DNA of 64,000 bases from positions 3,737 to 67,736 of the forward strand of contig DYFC01000006.1 of NCBI GenBank assembly GCA_020725385.1, in the 5' to 3' direction. Below are positions 9,499 to 19,613 of the stretch, piece by piece (position 1 is the first letter of the stretch; every line of letters begins with the position of its first letter). Under the pieces are notes generated by a model that ran no database searches, was not told where the DNA came from, and saw only the letters and a program-made list of their open reading frames with translations. Origin of the DNA: Nitrospira japonica (lineage in GTDB: Bacteria; Nitrospirota; Thermodesulfovibrionia; Thermodesulfovibrionales; SM23-35). The position numbers were made by a program, and so were the translations under genes.

Positions 9499-11517
9499 TT
9501 ATATCTCCTTTATTGGCATCTCTATTTTAAATACCGAACCTTTCGGTATATTCTCTCTTACTGTTATTTCCCCGCCATGTTCTTTAACAATCCTGTTTGC
9601 TATTGCAAGACCAAGACCTGTCCCGCCCTTTTTTGTTGAAAAATTAGGTTGAAAAAGTCTATCCATATCCGTTTTTTTGATTCCAGTGCCTGTATCTGCA
9701 ATTTCAACAGAAAGACTATTCAACTCTGGATTAAAATTTATGACAACATCAATAACACCGGTATCGGACATTGCCTGTATTGCGTTATCAAATATATTTA
9801 TAAGAACTCTCTTGAATTGTTCCGTGTCGAGTTCAACAGAGGGAATGTCATTGGGTATTGATACGTTTATCTTAATATTCTTATAACCATAGTACAGATG
9901 GATTACTTCATCTATAATATTATAAAGATTTGCAGGTTTCTTTTTTATTTCCGGCATTTTCCCGTATCTTGAAAACTCGTCAACAAGCTTTTTTAAACTC
10001 TCAACTTCTCTTATGATTGTTCTAGTAGATTGATAGAAAGTATTTTCAAAGTCCTTGTCTTTATTATCCCATTTTTTCATCATGCGTTCTGTCGAAAGCC
10101 TTATAGGTGTTAAAGGATTCTTGATTTCGTGGGCAATTTTTCTTGCAGCATCCTGCCATGTTAGAGCTTTCTGGGCTTCTATAGCTTCTGTAATATCATC
10201 AAAAACAACAAGCAACCCGATATATTTTTCGTTATCTTTCAGACTCGTTATAAAAATATTAAGGGATAATTTCTTATCACCAATCAATGTGCTTATCTGT
10301 TTTTTCACAGGTCTAAATTGCCTGCCCTCTATGCTTTTAACTATCTCTCTTATTTCCTGAGAATCGATTTGTGATAACAATTCATTGTAATTTTTATTTA
10401 CAACTTCATCCTGTCTTATCCCGAGAATCATACATGCTGCACCATTTATCATTGAAATATTCCCGTTAATATCAAGCATAATAACCCCTGAATTTATATT
10501 ATCAAGAATGTTTTTAAGATACAGATAAGCTGACTGAATGGATTCTTTGCCTGCTTTTAAGTTTTTCACCATTTCATTAAAAGAATTCACGAGCAGACCC
10601 ATTTCGTCTTCTTTCTCTAAATCAATATGCACATCAAGATTTCCAGAAGAAACCTGCTGATTTGCAAGAACGAGCATCTGTATTGGATCGGTTATATTTC
10701 TTGAGATCCTTAAAGCAACCCAAAGGGCAAAGAATACAACTATTGTAGTGATAAACCCAAGTATCAGGAGATAGTTTGCTTTAACAGGAACTCTCAATGA
10801 TTCTAAAGTTAAGTAATTTTCATATGCATCATTTATTTTATCTGCATACTTTGTAATTGAAGAAGGCATATAAGTTTCAACAATCGCTACTCTTATGACC
10901 CTGCCATTTTTATATTCAGGCACAGCTGCTCTTATTATATCTCTGGTATCATTTGAAATAACCTCTGCTCCTTCTTTACCTTCAAATGCAGATTTAATTG
11001 TTTCGGTTGCTTCTTCAGGAAGTTGATAAATATATTTTAGCGTATAACTGCCCTGAACTTCTTTTTCATTATGAATCCGGCTCCTAGCAAAAGCAAGAGC
11101 CTTCTGTTTTTCATTTTCATAGATTGTTTTTGCGATTTCAACCGAGCTTTCAATAGGTGTCTTAATCTGGGGAATAAACCAGCGGTCTATATAATTTGTG
11201 ATTAATCCGCTTGCTATAAAAAACAAAAGGGCAGAAGGAATTAAAGTGATGATGACAAATGTCGCAACCAGTCTCGTTTTGAATTTATAACCCGGAACTT
11301 GATGTTTTTTCTCAAAAAAAAGTTTTACAAGACTTTTGGCTATGAAAAAAATTAAGACAAGTAATGCAAGAAAAGTAAGGTTAAAAAGAAGCAGAAGAAT
11401 AATCTGTGTTGGAAAAGGTATTGTTTCATGCCTTATATAATGGATCTCGAGGGCAAAAGATGTGATTATAAAAATCGCTGAGAAAAAAAGAAAAATTTTA
11501 AATCTTAATTCTTTCAT
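9499..11517 (-). CDS. NtrY-like sensor histidine kinase (TM, HAMP, PAS, HisKA, HATPase)
   Basis: Multi-TM N-terminus, HAMP, PAS, H-box AHEIKNPLTPI, HATPase G-boxes DTGTGI and GTGLGL. Abuts its regulator with no gap. Confidence 0.85.
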   Translation of the reverse strand: MKELRFKIFLFFSAIFIITSFALEIHYIRHETIPFPTQIILLLLFNLTFLALLVLIFFIAKSLVKLFFEKKHQVPGYKFKTRLVATFVIITLIPSALLFFIASGLITNYIDRWFIPQIKTPIESSVEIAKTIYENEKQKALAFARSRIHNEKEVQGSYTLKYIYQLPEEATETIKSAFEGKEGAEVISNDTRDIIRAAVPEYKNGRVIRVAIVETYMPSSITKYADKINDAYENYLTLESLRVPVKANYLLILGFITTIVVFFALWVALRISRNITDPIQMLVLANQQVSSGNLDVHIDLEKEDEMGLLVNSFNEMVKNLKAGKESIQSAYLYLKNILDNINSGVIMLDINGNISMINGAACMILGIRQDEVVNKNYNELLSQIDSQEIREIVKSIEGRQFRPVKKQISTLIGDKKLSLNIFITSLKDNEKYIGLLVVFDDITEAIEAQKALTWQDAARKIAHEIKNPLTPIRLSTERMMKKWDNKDKDFENTFYQSTRTIIREVESLKKLVDEFSRYGKMPEIKKKPANLYNIIDEVIHLYYGYKNIKINVSIPNDIPSVELDTEQFKRVLINIFDNAIQAMSDTGVIDVVINFNPELNSLSVEIADTGTGIKKTDMDRLFQPNFSTKKGGTGLGLAIANRIVKEHGGEITVRENIPKGSVFKIEMPIKEI

Positions 11518-12122
11518 TTGAGTAAGCCGGTTGTGAAATATTGAGAATCTTTTTTAATTTTAAATGCATTTTCGGATACAAAAAACATGAAATAACCCAA
11601 TACAGGAGGGAGTTTTCTAATTTTCGATTCAGCAGTTACTCTAACAAAATATACGCTATTTTCGAGCTCCTTAATATTTGCAAGTTTAATATTTTCAAAA
11701 CTTAACGCCCATTGAAGCATGGACTCAAATGATTTAAATCTTTTTCTGACCTGAGATGCACCATCATTTGAAGTTGCTATAAATTCAGTTTTGACCGGAT
11801 CAACTTTAATCGTTCTGGTAAATGATTTGCCTGTGATAAATTCATCAGGCCACATTTCCCATACCCTGAAGAGATCTATATGAAATATTATTTCCTTCTT
11901 TATTCCATTTTTTATTTCTTCGATGAATTTATCATCAAGGGTAACAGAAGTTGTGACATATATATCGTTTTCAAATATTCTTACCTCGGGACCAGAAATT
12001 TCAGCAGCTATTAATCTTGATTGAAACGCAAAAAAAACAAGTGCGAGCGCAACAATAATTGAAACTATATCTTTTTTTAAGTTACCTATAAAAATATTTT
12101 TCATGATTATTTCTTTGAACAA
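11514..12122 (-). CDS. DUF4390-like protein (commonly precedes ntrY)
   Basis: Signal/TM segment followed by a beta-rich domain. The 4-nt overlap with the ntrY-like gene matches the usual DUF4390-ntrYX layout. The real start is possibly the ATG at 12104. Confidence 0.55.
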   Translation of the reverse strand: MFKEIIMKNIFIGNLKKDIVSIIVALALVFFAFQSRLIAAEISGPEVRIFENDIYVTTSVTLDDKFIEEIKNGIKKEIIFHIDLFRVWEMWPDEFITGKSFTRTIKVDPVKTEFIATSNDGASQVRKRFKSFESMLQWALSFENIKLANIKELENSVYFVRVTAESKIRKLPPVLGYFMFFVSENAFKIKKDSQYFTTGLLK

Positions 12123-12218
12123 AGGCTTGACTTATTTCAAAAATTGTATTTTCATTATAGCATAGCAGATTATACTACTACTAAATAGTTATTATACATA
12201 ATCTTTAAGGAGGGTTAG

Positions 12219-12701
12219 ATGGAGATAAAAACAGTTAAAATTAATATCCCAGAAGGTTGCAATATAATACTCGGACAGACTCATTTTATTAAAACTATTG
12301 AAGATCTTTATGAAATTATTGCAACCACAGTGCCTGGTGCAAAATTTGGAATAGCTTTTACCGAAGCATCTGGTCCGTGTCTTATCAGAACAGAAGGAAA
12401 TGACGGTGAATTGATTGATGTATGTGTTGATAATCTCAAAGAAGCAGGAGCGGGTCATGTATTTTGTATTTTATTAAAAAATGCTTTCCCGATTAATGTC
12501 CTAAATCAAATTAAGAATTGTCCCGAGGTATGCCGTATTTTTTGCGCTACTGCCAATCCGCTTGAAGTTGTAATATGTAAAACAGAGCTGGGTAGCGGCA
12601 TTATTGGAGTAATAGATGGCTTTTCACCAAAAGGAGTTGAGACTCCCGGTGATAAAGCCCATAGAAAAGAATTTCTGAGAAAAATAGGATATAAACTATA
12701 A
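12219..12701 (+). CDS. Adenosine-specific kinase family protein (PF04008-like)
   Basis: 160 aa. [17 protein letters not shown]...[18 protein letters not shown]...[19 protein letters not shown]...CATANP matches my recollection of this family. Strong SD AAGGAGGG. Confidence 0.55.
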   Translation: MEIKTVKINIPEGCNIILGQTHFIKTIEDLYEIIATTVPGAKFGIAFTEASGPCLIRTEGNDGELIDVCVDNLKEAGAGHVFCILLKNAFPINVLNQIKNCPEVCRIFCATANPLEVVICKTELGSGIIGVIDGFSPKGVETPGDKAHRKEFLRKIGYKL

Positions 12702-12721
12702 TTTATTATAAAGGAGAAGAT

Positions 12722-13039
12722 ATGCTGCCAGAACTTAAGTATGACGAAAAAGGACTCATACCCGCTATCATTCAGGATATTAATACAGGTGAGGTATTAA
12801 TGATGGCTTACATGAATGAGAAGTCTTTGCAGATGACCGTAGAAACAGGGTACACTCATTTTTGGTCCCGTTCAAGACAAAAATACTGGAAAAAAGGGGA
12901 GACATCAGGTCATGTCCAGGAAGTTAAAGAGATATTATACGATTGTGATGCTGATACTTTACTTGTCAAAGTAATACAGCATGGCTCTGGAGCATGCCAC
13001 ACAGGCAACAGAACATGCTTTTACAGAAATATTAAATAG
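12722..13039 (+). CDS. hisI: Phosphoribosyl-AMP cyclohydrolase
   Basis: GLIPAIIQD...VLMMAYMN...[18 protein letters not shown]...DCDADTLL...GACHTG; monofunctional length. Confidence 0.9.
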   Translation: MLPELKYDEKGLIPAIIQDINTGEVLMMAYMNEKSLQMTVETGYTHFWSRSRQKYWKKGETSGHVQEVKEILYDCDADTLLVKVIQHGSGACHTGNRTCFYRNIK

Positions 13040-13068
13040 AGAATTACTAATAAAAATAGGAGAATGAT

Positions 13069-13230
13069 ATGAGTAAATATAAGTGTTCGGTTTGTGGTTA
13101 TATTTATAATCCTGAAGAAGGAGACCCTGATTCAGGAATTCCTCCCGGAACACCCTTTGAAAAACTTCCGGATGATTGGAAATGTCCGGTATGCGGGGCT
13201 GAAAAATCAGCTTTTGAAAAGATCGATTAA
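13069..13230 (+). CDS. Rubredoxin (53 aa; below the ORF-track size cut-off)
   Basis: Hand translation gives [53 protein letters not shown]. It has two CxxCG knuckles and the conserved rubredoxin core; SD AGGAG lies 7 nt upstream. Confidence 0.9.
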   Translation: MSKYKCSVCGYIYNPEEGDPDSGIPPGTPFEKLPDDWKCPVCGAEKSAFEKID

Positions 13231-13252
13231 TTTTTATGTTTCATCAAAAGAT

Positions 13253-13260
13253 TGTATAAT
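13253..13260 (+). promoter_or_regulatory. Candidate extended -10 promoter element (TGTATAAT) upstream of kaiC
   Basis: TGnTATAAT lies 24 nt upstream of the kaiC ATG. The -35 is weak (TTTTAT). Confidence 0.35.
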
Positions 13261-13283
13261 TTAGCCAAAGATAGGGGGTTCTT

Positions 13284-14699
13284 ATGTCAATAAATAACAA
13301 AAGGACATTGAAAAAGACGCCGACCTATATTACAGGACTCGATGAAATTCTTAATGGAGGATTACCATACGGACGTACATCACTTGTATTTGGGACTCCT
13401 GGGAATGGAAAAACTGTAATGGGGGTGGAATACCTTTATAGAGGAGCAATAAATGGAGAACCGGGTATTTTTCTTGGGTTTGAAGAAACAGTGAAAACCC
13501 TATGCGAAAATGCACTTACCATGGGTTTTAATCTTTCTTCTTTGATGAAAAAAAATCAACTTTTTCTTATGGACGGAAAGATTGAGCCTGATATAGTCAT
13601 GAGTGGCAAGTTTTCACTTAAGCCTATGCTTTCAATTATTTCAGGAAAAGCAAAGGAAATAGAAGCAAAGAGACTCGTTCTGGATGCGCTGGATGTGGTT
13701 TTCGGGTTATTAGAAAATCCTGTTCAGGTACGTTCAGAATTATATCATTTAAATCTATGGCTTATGAAGTTAGGACTTACAACACTTATAACCTTAAAAC
13801 CAAGAGAAGGTTATCCGGGAACTTTGTTTCAGGATTATTTTTACTCAATATCAGATTGTGTTATTCATCTTGATGTAAGGCAATTAGATCAGGTCTCTAC
13901 AAGACGCTGTCGTATAGTTAAATATCGTGGTTCTGATTTTGGAAGAAATGAATATCCTTTTATTATTACTGATAAAGGTATCCGTTTAATTCCAATTACA
14001 AAATTTGATCTAAGACATAAGCCTTTTGGAGAGAGAATTTCATCTGGCATTGCAAGACTCGATGATATGCTTGGAGGAGGCTACCAGAGAGCATCATGTA
14101 TTCTATTGGCAGGTGAACCGGGAACAGGAAAAACAATTCTTGCAACAACATTTATTGCCCAGATGTGTAAACAAAATGAAAAGGCTTTGTATTTGAGTTT
14201 TGAAGAATCACCTGAAGCCCTTACTCATAATACAGCAAGCGTAGGATTAAATCTTGAACAATTTACAACATCGGGAAATCTTTTAATTGTAGGTGCAATG
14301 CCTGAAGCAACAGGTGTTGAAGAACATTTAATGAGACTTTTTGATAAAGTTGAAAGCTTTAATCCACAGCATGTAATTATAGATGCTATTTCTGCCTGTG
14401 AACGAATAGCGGGCAAAGAAGCTGCTTTTGATTATCTCATGCGTATTTTGAATTTCCTAAAAGAAAAAGGTATAACAGTAGTTCTTACAAACCAAACATC
14501 GGGTAAAAAATCACAGTTAGAAATATCAGGCAATGGAATATCATCCATGGTGGATACAGTAGTTTTTATAACATATGTACATGGTGAGAAAGAAATTAAC
14601 AGAACTATTCAGATTCTAAAAGCAAGGGGTTCAAGTCATTCAAATAAAATAAAAGGATTCAGAATAAATGACAATGGTATAGAGATTTATGATATTTGA
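13284..14699 (+). CDS. kaiC: KaiC-family double-domain ATPase/autokinase
   Basis: Two RecA-like halves, each with a Walker A (GTPGNGKT; GEPGTGKT) and an EE catalytic pair (GFEET; SFEES). GISSMVDTVVFI aligns with the S431/T432 phosphosite loop of cyanobacterial KaiC. Confidence 0.85.
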   Translation: MSINNKRTLKKTPTYITGLDEILNGGLPYGRTSLVFGTPGNGKTVMGVEYLYRGAINGEPGIFLGFEETVKTLCENALTMGFNLSSLMKKNQLFLMDGKIEPDIVMSGKFSLKPMLSIISGKAKEIEAKRLVLDALDVVFGLLENPVQVRSELYHLNLWLMKLGLTTLITLKPREGYPGTLFQDYFYSISDCVIHLDVRQLDQVSTRRCRIVKYRGSDFGRNEYPFIITDKGIRLIPITKFDLRHKPFGERISSGIARLDDMLGGGYQRASCILLAGEPGTGKTILATTFIAQMCKQNEKALYLSFEESPEALTHNTASVGLNLEQFTTSGNLLIVGAMPEATGVEEHLMRLFDKVESFNPQHVIIDAISACERIAGKEAAFDYLMRILNFLKEKGITVVLTNQTSGKKSQLEISGNGISSMVDTVVFITYVHGEKEINRTIQILKARGSSHSNKIKGFRINDNGIEIYDI

Positions 14700-14735
14700 A
14701 ATTAAGGTCTTAGAGGAATTTTAGGGAGGGATAAG

Positions 14736-15089
14736 TTGGCTGGTAATATAAAAGGTAAGAAGAAAGAAAAATCTATTGATAGACCGGACAAAAGAAAAAA
14801 GCTTTTATATTATAATTTAAGGTTATTTATTGCCGGTGATGAACCAAATTCAAGAATAGCAAAAGAGACTTTGGAAAATTTATGTAAAAAGTATCTTTAT
14901 GAAAATTATAAACTGGAAATAATTGATGTGGTTAAGGATTTTAAATCAGCAATTGAGGAAAAGATCTTTTTCGCTCCGACTTTAATTATTGAGACTTCTG
15001 AATTTAAATCAAGAATTGTTGGTTCTTTGATTGATAAGAAAAAATTACTGGATATTCTTGGTTTGTCTGAAACAAACAGTGATAAATGA
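14736..15089 (+). CDS. kaiB: KaiB (thioredoxin-like fold) with a Lys-rich N-terminal extension
   Basis: LRLFIAGDEPNSRIAKETLENLCKK...YKLEIIDVVKD...APTLI. TTG start 6 nt after a GGGAGGG SD. Confidence 0.8.
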   Translation: MAGNIKGKKKEKSIDRPDKRKKLLYYNLRLFIAGDEPNSRIAKETLENLCKKYLYENYKLEIIDVVKDFKSAIEEKIFFAPTLIIETSEFKSRIVGSLIDKKKLLDILGLSETNSDK

Positions 15090-16915
15090 ACAAAAAAAAG
15101 CTTACTTATAAAGAACTTCAGGAAAGACTTACTCAGGCTGAAGAAGCTATTGAAGCATTGCGTTCAGGCAAAGTTGATTTAATATTAGGTGAGAATTGTC
15201 CACTTGTAATTAAGGCAAGGACACTGGAGCAAGAGGCGCAAAAGCTCAATGCTGCAATTGAACAAACATCGGATTGGGTAGTTATAACCAATAAGGATGG
15301 AACTATTGAATATGTAAATAAGGCAGTAGAAATAATATCAGAATATAGAAGAGAGGAATTAATTGGGAAAAATCCCAGAATTTTTAAGTCAGGAAAGCAT
15401 GATAGGGAATTTTATAAGAATTTATGGGAAACAATATGTTCTGGAAATGTATTTAATGCAATTTTGATAAACAGGAAAAAGACAGGAGACTTGTTCGAAC
15501 TTCATTATACAATAACACCATTAAAAAATAAAGACGGTCAAATTCATCATTTTATAGCTACAGCAAAAGACATAACAGAACAGAAGCTCCTTAAGGAACA
15601 GATGGAATATTCCGCAAAATATGATACTCTAACCGGTCTATATAACAGAAAATATTTTACAGAAGAGATTAACCATCTGGCAGATAATGCTCAGAAACAG
15701 GGGATTAAATTTGCTGTAGTCTTAGTTGATATTGATAAATTTACAGCTCTGAATGATACTTTTGGTTTTGAAACCGGAGACGAAATATTAAAAAGAGCAG
15801 GCAAGAGAATTTTCAATAGTATCTGTACGGATTGCAAGGTTTCACGTTTTGAGGCTGACAAATATGGAGTGCTACTTTCTGATACAGGCAATCCCGAGGA
15901 TATAATTTTAGTGCTCGAAAAAATAAGAAGCAATTTCAATAGATCATTTAAAATCGGTACTGAAGATATATTTCTTACATTATGCATGGGGATTTCAATA
16001 TTTCCTGAAAATGGCAATAGTGCTGAAGCTCTAATAAAAAATGCTGAAATTGCACTTTCAAAAGCAAGATCTATAAGGTTGAATAACTATCAGTTTTTTG
16101 AAGAAGAAATCAATATTAAAACCTCGGAATTTGTACACATGCAGAGACATTTATTCCATGCGCTCAAAAAAAATGAATTTACCATGCATTATCAACCTTA
16201 TTTTGATTGTCAAACCCGTGAATTGAAGGGAGTAGAGGCATTGATACGGTGGAATAATCCAAAATTTGGTCTTGTAACTCCCGGAATGTTTATCCCATTT
16301 CTTGAAGAAACAGGAATGATATTAGAAGTTGGCAAGTGGATTATAAGAACAGTATGCAAACAAATCAGGGAGTGGATAAATAAAGGTTATGATAAACAGA
16401 TGGTGCCTGTGTATATCAATCTATCATTGGCTCAATTCATGCAAAAGGATTTAACAGATTTTATTGAAAGAACTATTTCTGAAACAAATATAAAGTCAGA
16501 ATACTTAGGTTTTGAGATTACCGAAAGCTTTTTTATGCATGATATTGAGCATACCCAGAAAATATTAGGAAACCTAAGACAAAAAGGGATTTCTGTAAAT
16601 ATAGATGACTTTGGAACAGGATATTCTTCACTTAGCAGTTTGTGGAAGTTGCCTTTTAATAATTTAAAAATTGACAGCTCTTTTATTAAAGAATTAACAA
16701 CCAATCCTGACAATACAGCTATAGTAATAACAATAATCTCACTTGCCCATAATCTTAATCTTAAGACAATTGCTGAAGGTGTTGAGAACGAAATTCAGTG
16801 GCAGACGCTTCGAATACTTAAATGCGATATGGTGCAGGGCTATTATTTTAGCAGACCTTTGCCAGCAGATGAAGTTGAAAGATTCTTTGAAAGTAAAATA
16901 ATATTGTTTACATAA
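15086..16915 (+). CDS. PAS / degenerate GGDEF / EAL protein (predicted c-di-GMP phosphodiesterase)
   Basis: ATGA overlap with kaiB. N-terminal coiled coil plus PAS. The GGDEF fold is retained (LTGLYNRKYF, VLVDIDKFTALND) but the signature reads RFEADKYG. The EAL residues are intact (EALIRW, N in NLS, EITES, DDFGTGYSS, KIDSSF, EGVENE, QGYYF). Confidence 0.85.
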   Translation: MNKKKLTYKELQERLTQAEEAIEALRSGKVDLILGENCPLVIKARTLEQEAQKLNAAIEQTSDWVVITNKDGTIEYVNKAVEIISEYRREELIGKNPRIFKSGKHDREFYKNLWETICSGNVFNAILINRKKTGDLFELHYTITPLKNKDGQIHHFIATAKDITEQKLLKEQMEYSAKYDTLTGLYNRKYFTEEINHLADNAQKQGIKFAVVLVDIDKFTALNDTFGFETGDEILKRAGKRIFNSICTDCKVSRFEADKYGVLLSDTGNPEDIILVLEKIRSNFNRSFKIGTEDIFLTLCMGISIFPENGNSAEALIKNAEIALSKARSIRLNNYQFFEEEINIKTSEFVHMQRHLFHALKKNEFTMHYQPYFDCQTRELKGVEALIRWNNPKFGLVTPGMFIPFLEETGMILEVGKWIIRTVCKQIREWINKGYDKQMVPVYINLSLAQFMQKDLTDFIERTISETNIKSEYLGFEITESFFMHDIEHTQKILGNLRQKGISVNIDDFGTGYSSLSSLWKLPFNNLKIDSSFIKELTTNPDNTAIVITIISLAHNLNLKTIAEGVENEIQWQTLRILKCDMVQGYYFSRPLPADEVERFFESKIILFT

Positions 16916-16932
16916 GAAGGAGAATTTTATAT

Positions 16933-17601
16933 ATGGAAGATTTAAAGCATTCCGAGACATGGAGAGTATTTAGAATTCAATCAGAGCTTGTTGAAGGATT
17001 CGAGACTTTAAATGATCTTGGACCAGCGGTAGCAATTTTTGGGAGCTCACGCATGAAGCCCGGCTCGCATTATTATAAAAAAGCTGTTGAACTTGGAAGA
17101 CTTCTTTCAAATTCAGGGTTCTCGGTTATTACAGGCGGCGGTCCCGGAATTATGGAAGGAGCTAATAAAGGGGCTAAAAAAGGCAAAGGAAAATCTGTAG
17201 GACTTAATATAGAAATTCCAGCAGAGCAGCATCCCAATCCTTATCAAGATATAAATCTTTCATTCAGATATTTTTTTATCAGAAAACTAATGTTTGTCAA
17301 ATACTCAATGGCATTCATTATTTTTCCCGGAGGCTTTGGCACAATGGATGAATTATTTGAAGCATTGACTTTGTCTCAAACAAAAAAGATAGGGGTATTC
17401 CCTATAATTCTATTTGGTAGTGAATACTGGGCAGGATTAATTGAATGGTTCAGATCAACACTTATACCACACAATACAATTGAGGCAAAGGATCTCGGAT
17501 TATTCAGTGTTGTTGATGAAGTTCATGAAGTTTGCGGTATTTTACAGGAATACAAGAAAGCATATAATCAGGAAATACCTGAATGCAAACAACCAAGATA
17601 A
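16933..17601 (+). CDS. LOG-family (TIGR00730-type) nucleotide phosphoribohydrolase
   Basis: GGGPGIMEG and PGGFGTMDELFE motifs. Confidence 0.85.
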   Translation: MEDLKHSETWRVFRIQSELVEGFETLNDLGPAVAIFGSSRMKPGSHYYKKAVELGRLLSNSGFSVITGGGPGIMEGANKGAKKGKGKSVGLNIEIPAEQHPNPYQDINLSFRYFFIRKLMFVKYSMAFIIFPGGFGTMDELFEALTLSQTKKIGVFPIILFGSEYWAGLIEWFRSTLIPHNTIEAKDLGLFSVVDEVHEVCGILQEYKKAYNQEIPECKQPR

Positions 17602-17602
17602 C

Positions 17603-18169
17603 CTATTTGCGGGGATGTTCTTTACGGTAATCTACAGGTCTTTCTTTAAGCCCTTTATCCGACCATATGCCAAGCTTATTTTTACGGGCATAGGATTGGG
17701 CTTCTGTAAATTCATTAACATACTTTACATTAGGCGGAAAAGTAAAAAGCATTGCATATCCGTTCTCAAGGATTTTCTTATTAATTAGCTGTCCATCTGA
17801 AGTTCTTAAATATCCGAGCAATCTACCATATTTATCCCTTTTATCAACATCATATTCGATAGACACTTTCCATCCTGAAGAACTTATTATAGATTGGAGA
17901 AATTCTTTTGATTTATCCCCCCATGGTTTCTGCGCAAGTTCAGGAGCGTCAATGCCTATAAGCCTGATTTTTTCTTCTTTCTTGCCGATTTTTACAGTAA
18001 CAGTATCCCCATCTGCTACCGATAAAACAGGAATCAGAGAGCTTGCAGGTTTACTACCTATTGAACCTTTATTTTCATTTAAAAAATAAAAAACTGCAAC
18101 AACAATAAAAATAAATGAGGTAAGTATATTAACATTTCTAAATTTTCTATTCTTAATATTCATATACAT
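17603..18169 (-). CDS. Membrane-anchored thermonuclease (SNase-like)
   Basis: N-terminal TM helix; DGDT...IRLIGIDAPE...YGRLLGY staphylococcal-nuclease pattern. Confidence 0.8.
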   Translation of the reverse strand: MYMNIKNRKFRNVNILTSFIFIVVAVFYFLNENKGSIGSKPASSLIPVLSVADGDTVTVKIGKKEEKIRLIGIDAPELAQKPWGDKSKEFLQSIISSSGWKVSIEYDVDKRDKYGRLLGYLRTSDGQLINKKILENGYAMLFTFPPNVKYVNEFTEAQSYARKNKLGIWSDKGLKERPVDYRKEHPRK

Positions 18170-18200
18170 ATTATATACTTTTTAAGGTTATAATTATCAT

Positions 18201-19613
18201 ATGCAATTAACACCCGGACCCGGCTATACAATCACCATCAGGATTGAAATGCCTAAACAAGTAGGCCTTTTTTCTTCTGTTGCTTCTGCAATAAATGGTG
18301 TAGGCGGAGATATATGCGCTTCTGATATAGTGAGAACCAGCAGCAATTCAGTTTTCCGGGATTTTACTGTAAATGCGCGCGATGAAGATCATGAAAAAGA
18401 AATTGTTGAAGCTGTAAAAAAAATTGAAGGGCTTAGAATAGTACATGTATCTGATAGAACATTTCTTTTACATCAAGGTGGCAAAATCGAGATACGCAAT
18501 AAACTCCCGATAAAAAATCGTAATGACCTTTCAAGGGTTTACACTCCCGGTGTAGCCCGCATATGTATGGCAATTCATAATGACATACAGAAAGCTTATC
18601 GTTATACAATTAAAAGAAATTCTATTGCAATAATAACCGATGGCACAGCAGTTCTTGGGCTCGGGGATATAGGACCTGAAGCAGCATTGCCTGTAATGGA
18701 AGGCAAGGCGATGATTTTTAAAGAATTTGCAAATATTGATGCATTCCCTATATGTCTTTCATCAAAAAAGCCGGATGAAATAATAAACACAATTATAAAT
18801 ATTTCGCCCTCATTTGGAGGAATTAATCTTGAGGATATTTCTGCTCCAAGATGTTTTGAAATAGAAGAAAACCTAAAACAAAAACTTGATATACCAGTAT
18901 TTCATGATGACCAGCACGGCACAGCAGTCGTTGTGCTGGCTGCACTGTTGAATGCTTTAAAATTAGTTAATAAGAAGATAGAAGATTTAAAAGTTGTTAT
19001 TTCAGGAGCTGGAGCAGCCGGGATAGCGTGTTGCAAAACATTAATAGAAATAGGAGTAAAAAATATGATTGTCTGTGATACAGCAGGCTCAATATATGAA
19101 GGTAGAACAAATAATATGAACCCTGTAAAACAATGGGTTTCTAAAAATACAAATACAGAGAAATTTAAAGGAAGTCTCTCAGACGCCTTAAACAGAGCAG
19201 ATGTTTTCATAGGTGTTTCAGCAGGAAATATTCTAACTGTAGAGGATATTAAAAAAATGGCTAATGATTCTATTGTCTTTGCACTTGCAAATCCTTTGCC
19301 TGAAATTTCACCAGATGAAGCTTTGCCTTATGTCAGAATTATGGCGACAGGCAGGTCTGATTATCCAAATCAGATAAATAACATGCTCTGTTTCCCGGGA
19401 CTTTTCAGGGGATTGCTTGATTCAAGAGCTAAAACAGTTAATGAAGAAATTAAACTTGCTGCTGCAAGAGCAATAGCTTCAATAATAGATGAAAAAGACT
19501 TAAGTGAAGATTATATAATCCCGAGTATTTTCAACAGAAAAGTTGTACAGGCAGTTGCATCAGCAGTTGAGGAAGAATCATATAGAACAGGAGTTGCAAG
19601 TAAAGAGAGATGA
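18201..19613 (+). CDS. NAD(P)-dependent malic enzyme with N-terminal ACT-like domain
   Basis: VYTPGVA, GLGDIG, DDQHGTA, SGAGAAG motifs. Confidence 0.85.
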   Translation: MQLTPGPGYTITIRIEMPKQVGLFSSVASAINGVGGDICASDIVRTSSNSVFRDFTVNARDEDHEKEIVEAVKKIEGLRIVHVSDRTFLLHQGGKIEIRNKLPIKNRNDLSRVYTPGVARICMAIHNDIQKAYRYTIKRNSIAIITDGTAVLGLGDIGPEAALPVMEGKAMIFKEFANIDAFPICLSSKKPDEIINTIINISPSFGGINLEDISAPRCFEIEENLKQKLDIPVFHDDQHGTAVVVLAALLNALKLVNKKIEDLKVVISGAGAAGIACCKTLIEIGVKNMIVCDTAGSIYEGRTNNMNPVKQWVSKNTNTEKFKGSLSDALNRADVFIGVSAGNILTVEDIKKMANDSIVFALANPLPEISPDEALPYVRIMATGRSDYPNQINNMLCFPGLFRGLLDSRAKTVNEEIKLAAARAIASIIDEKDLSEDYIIPSIFNRKVVQAVASAVEEESYRTGVASKER

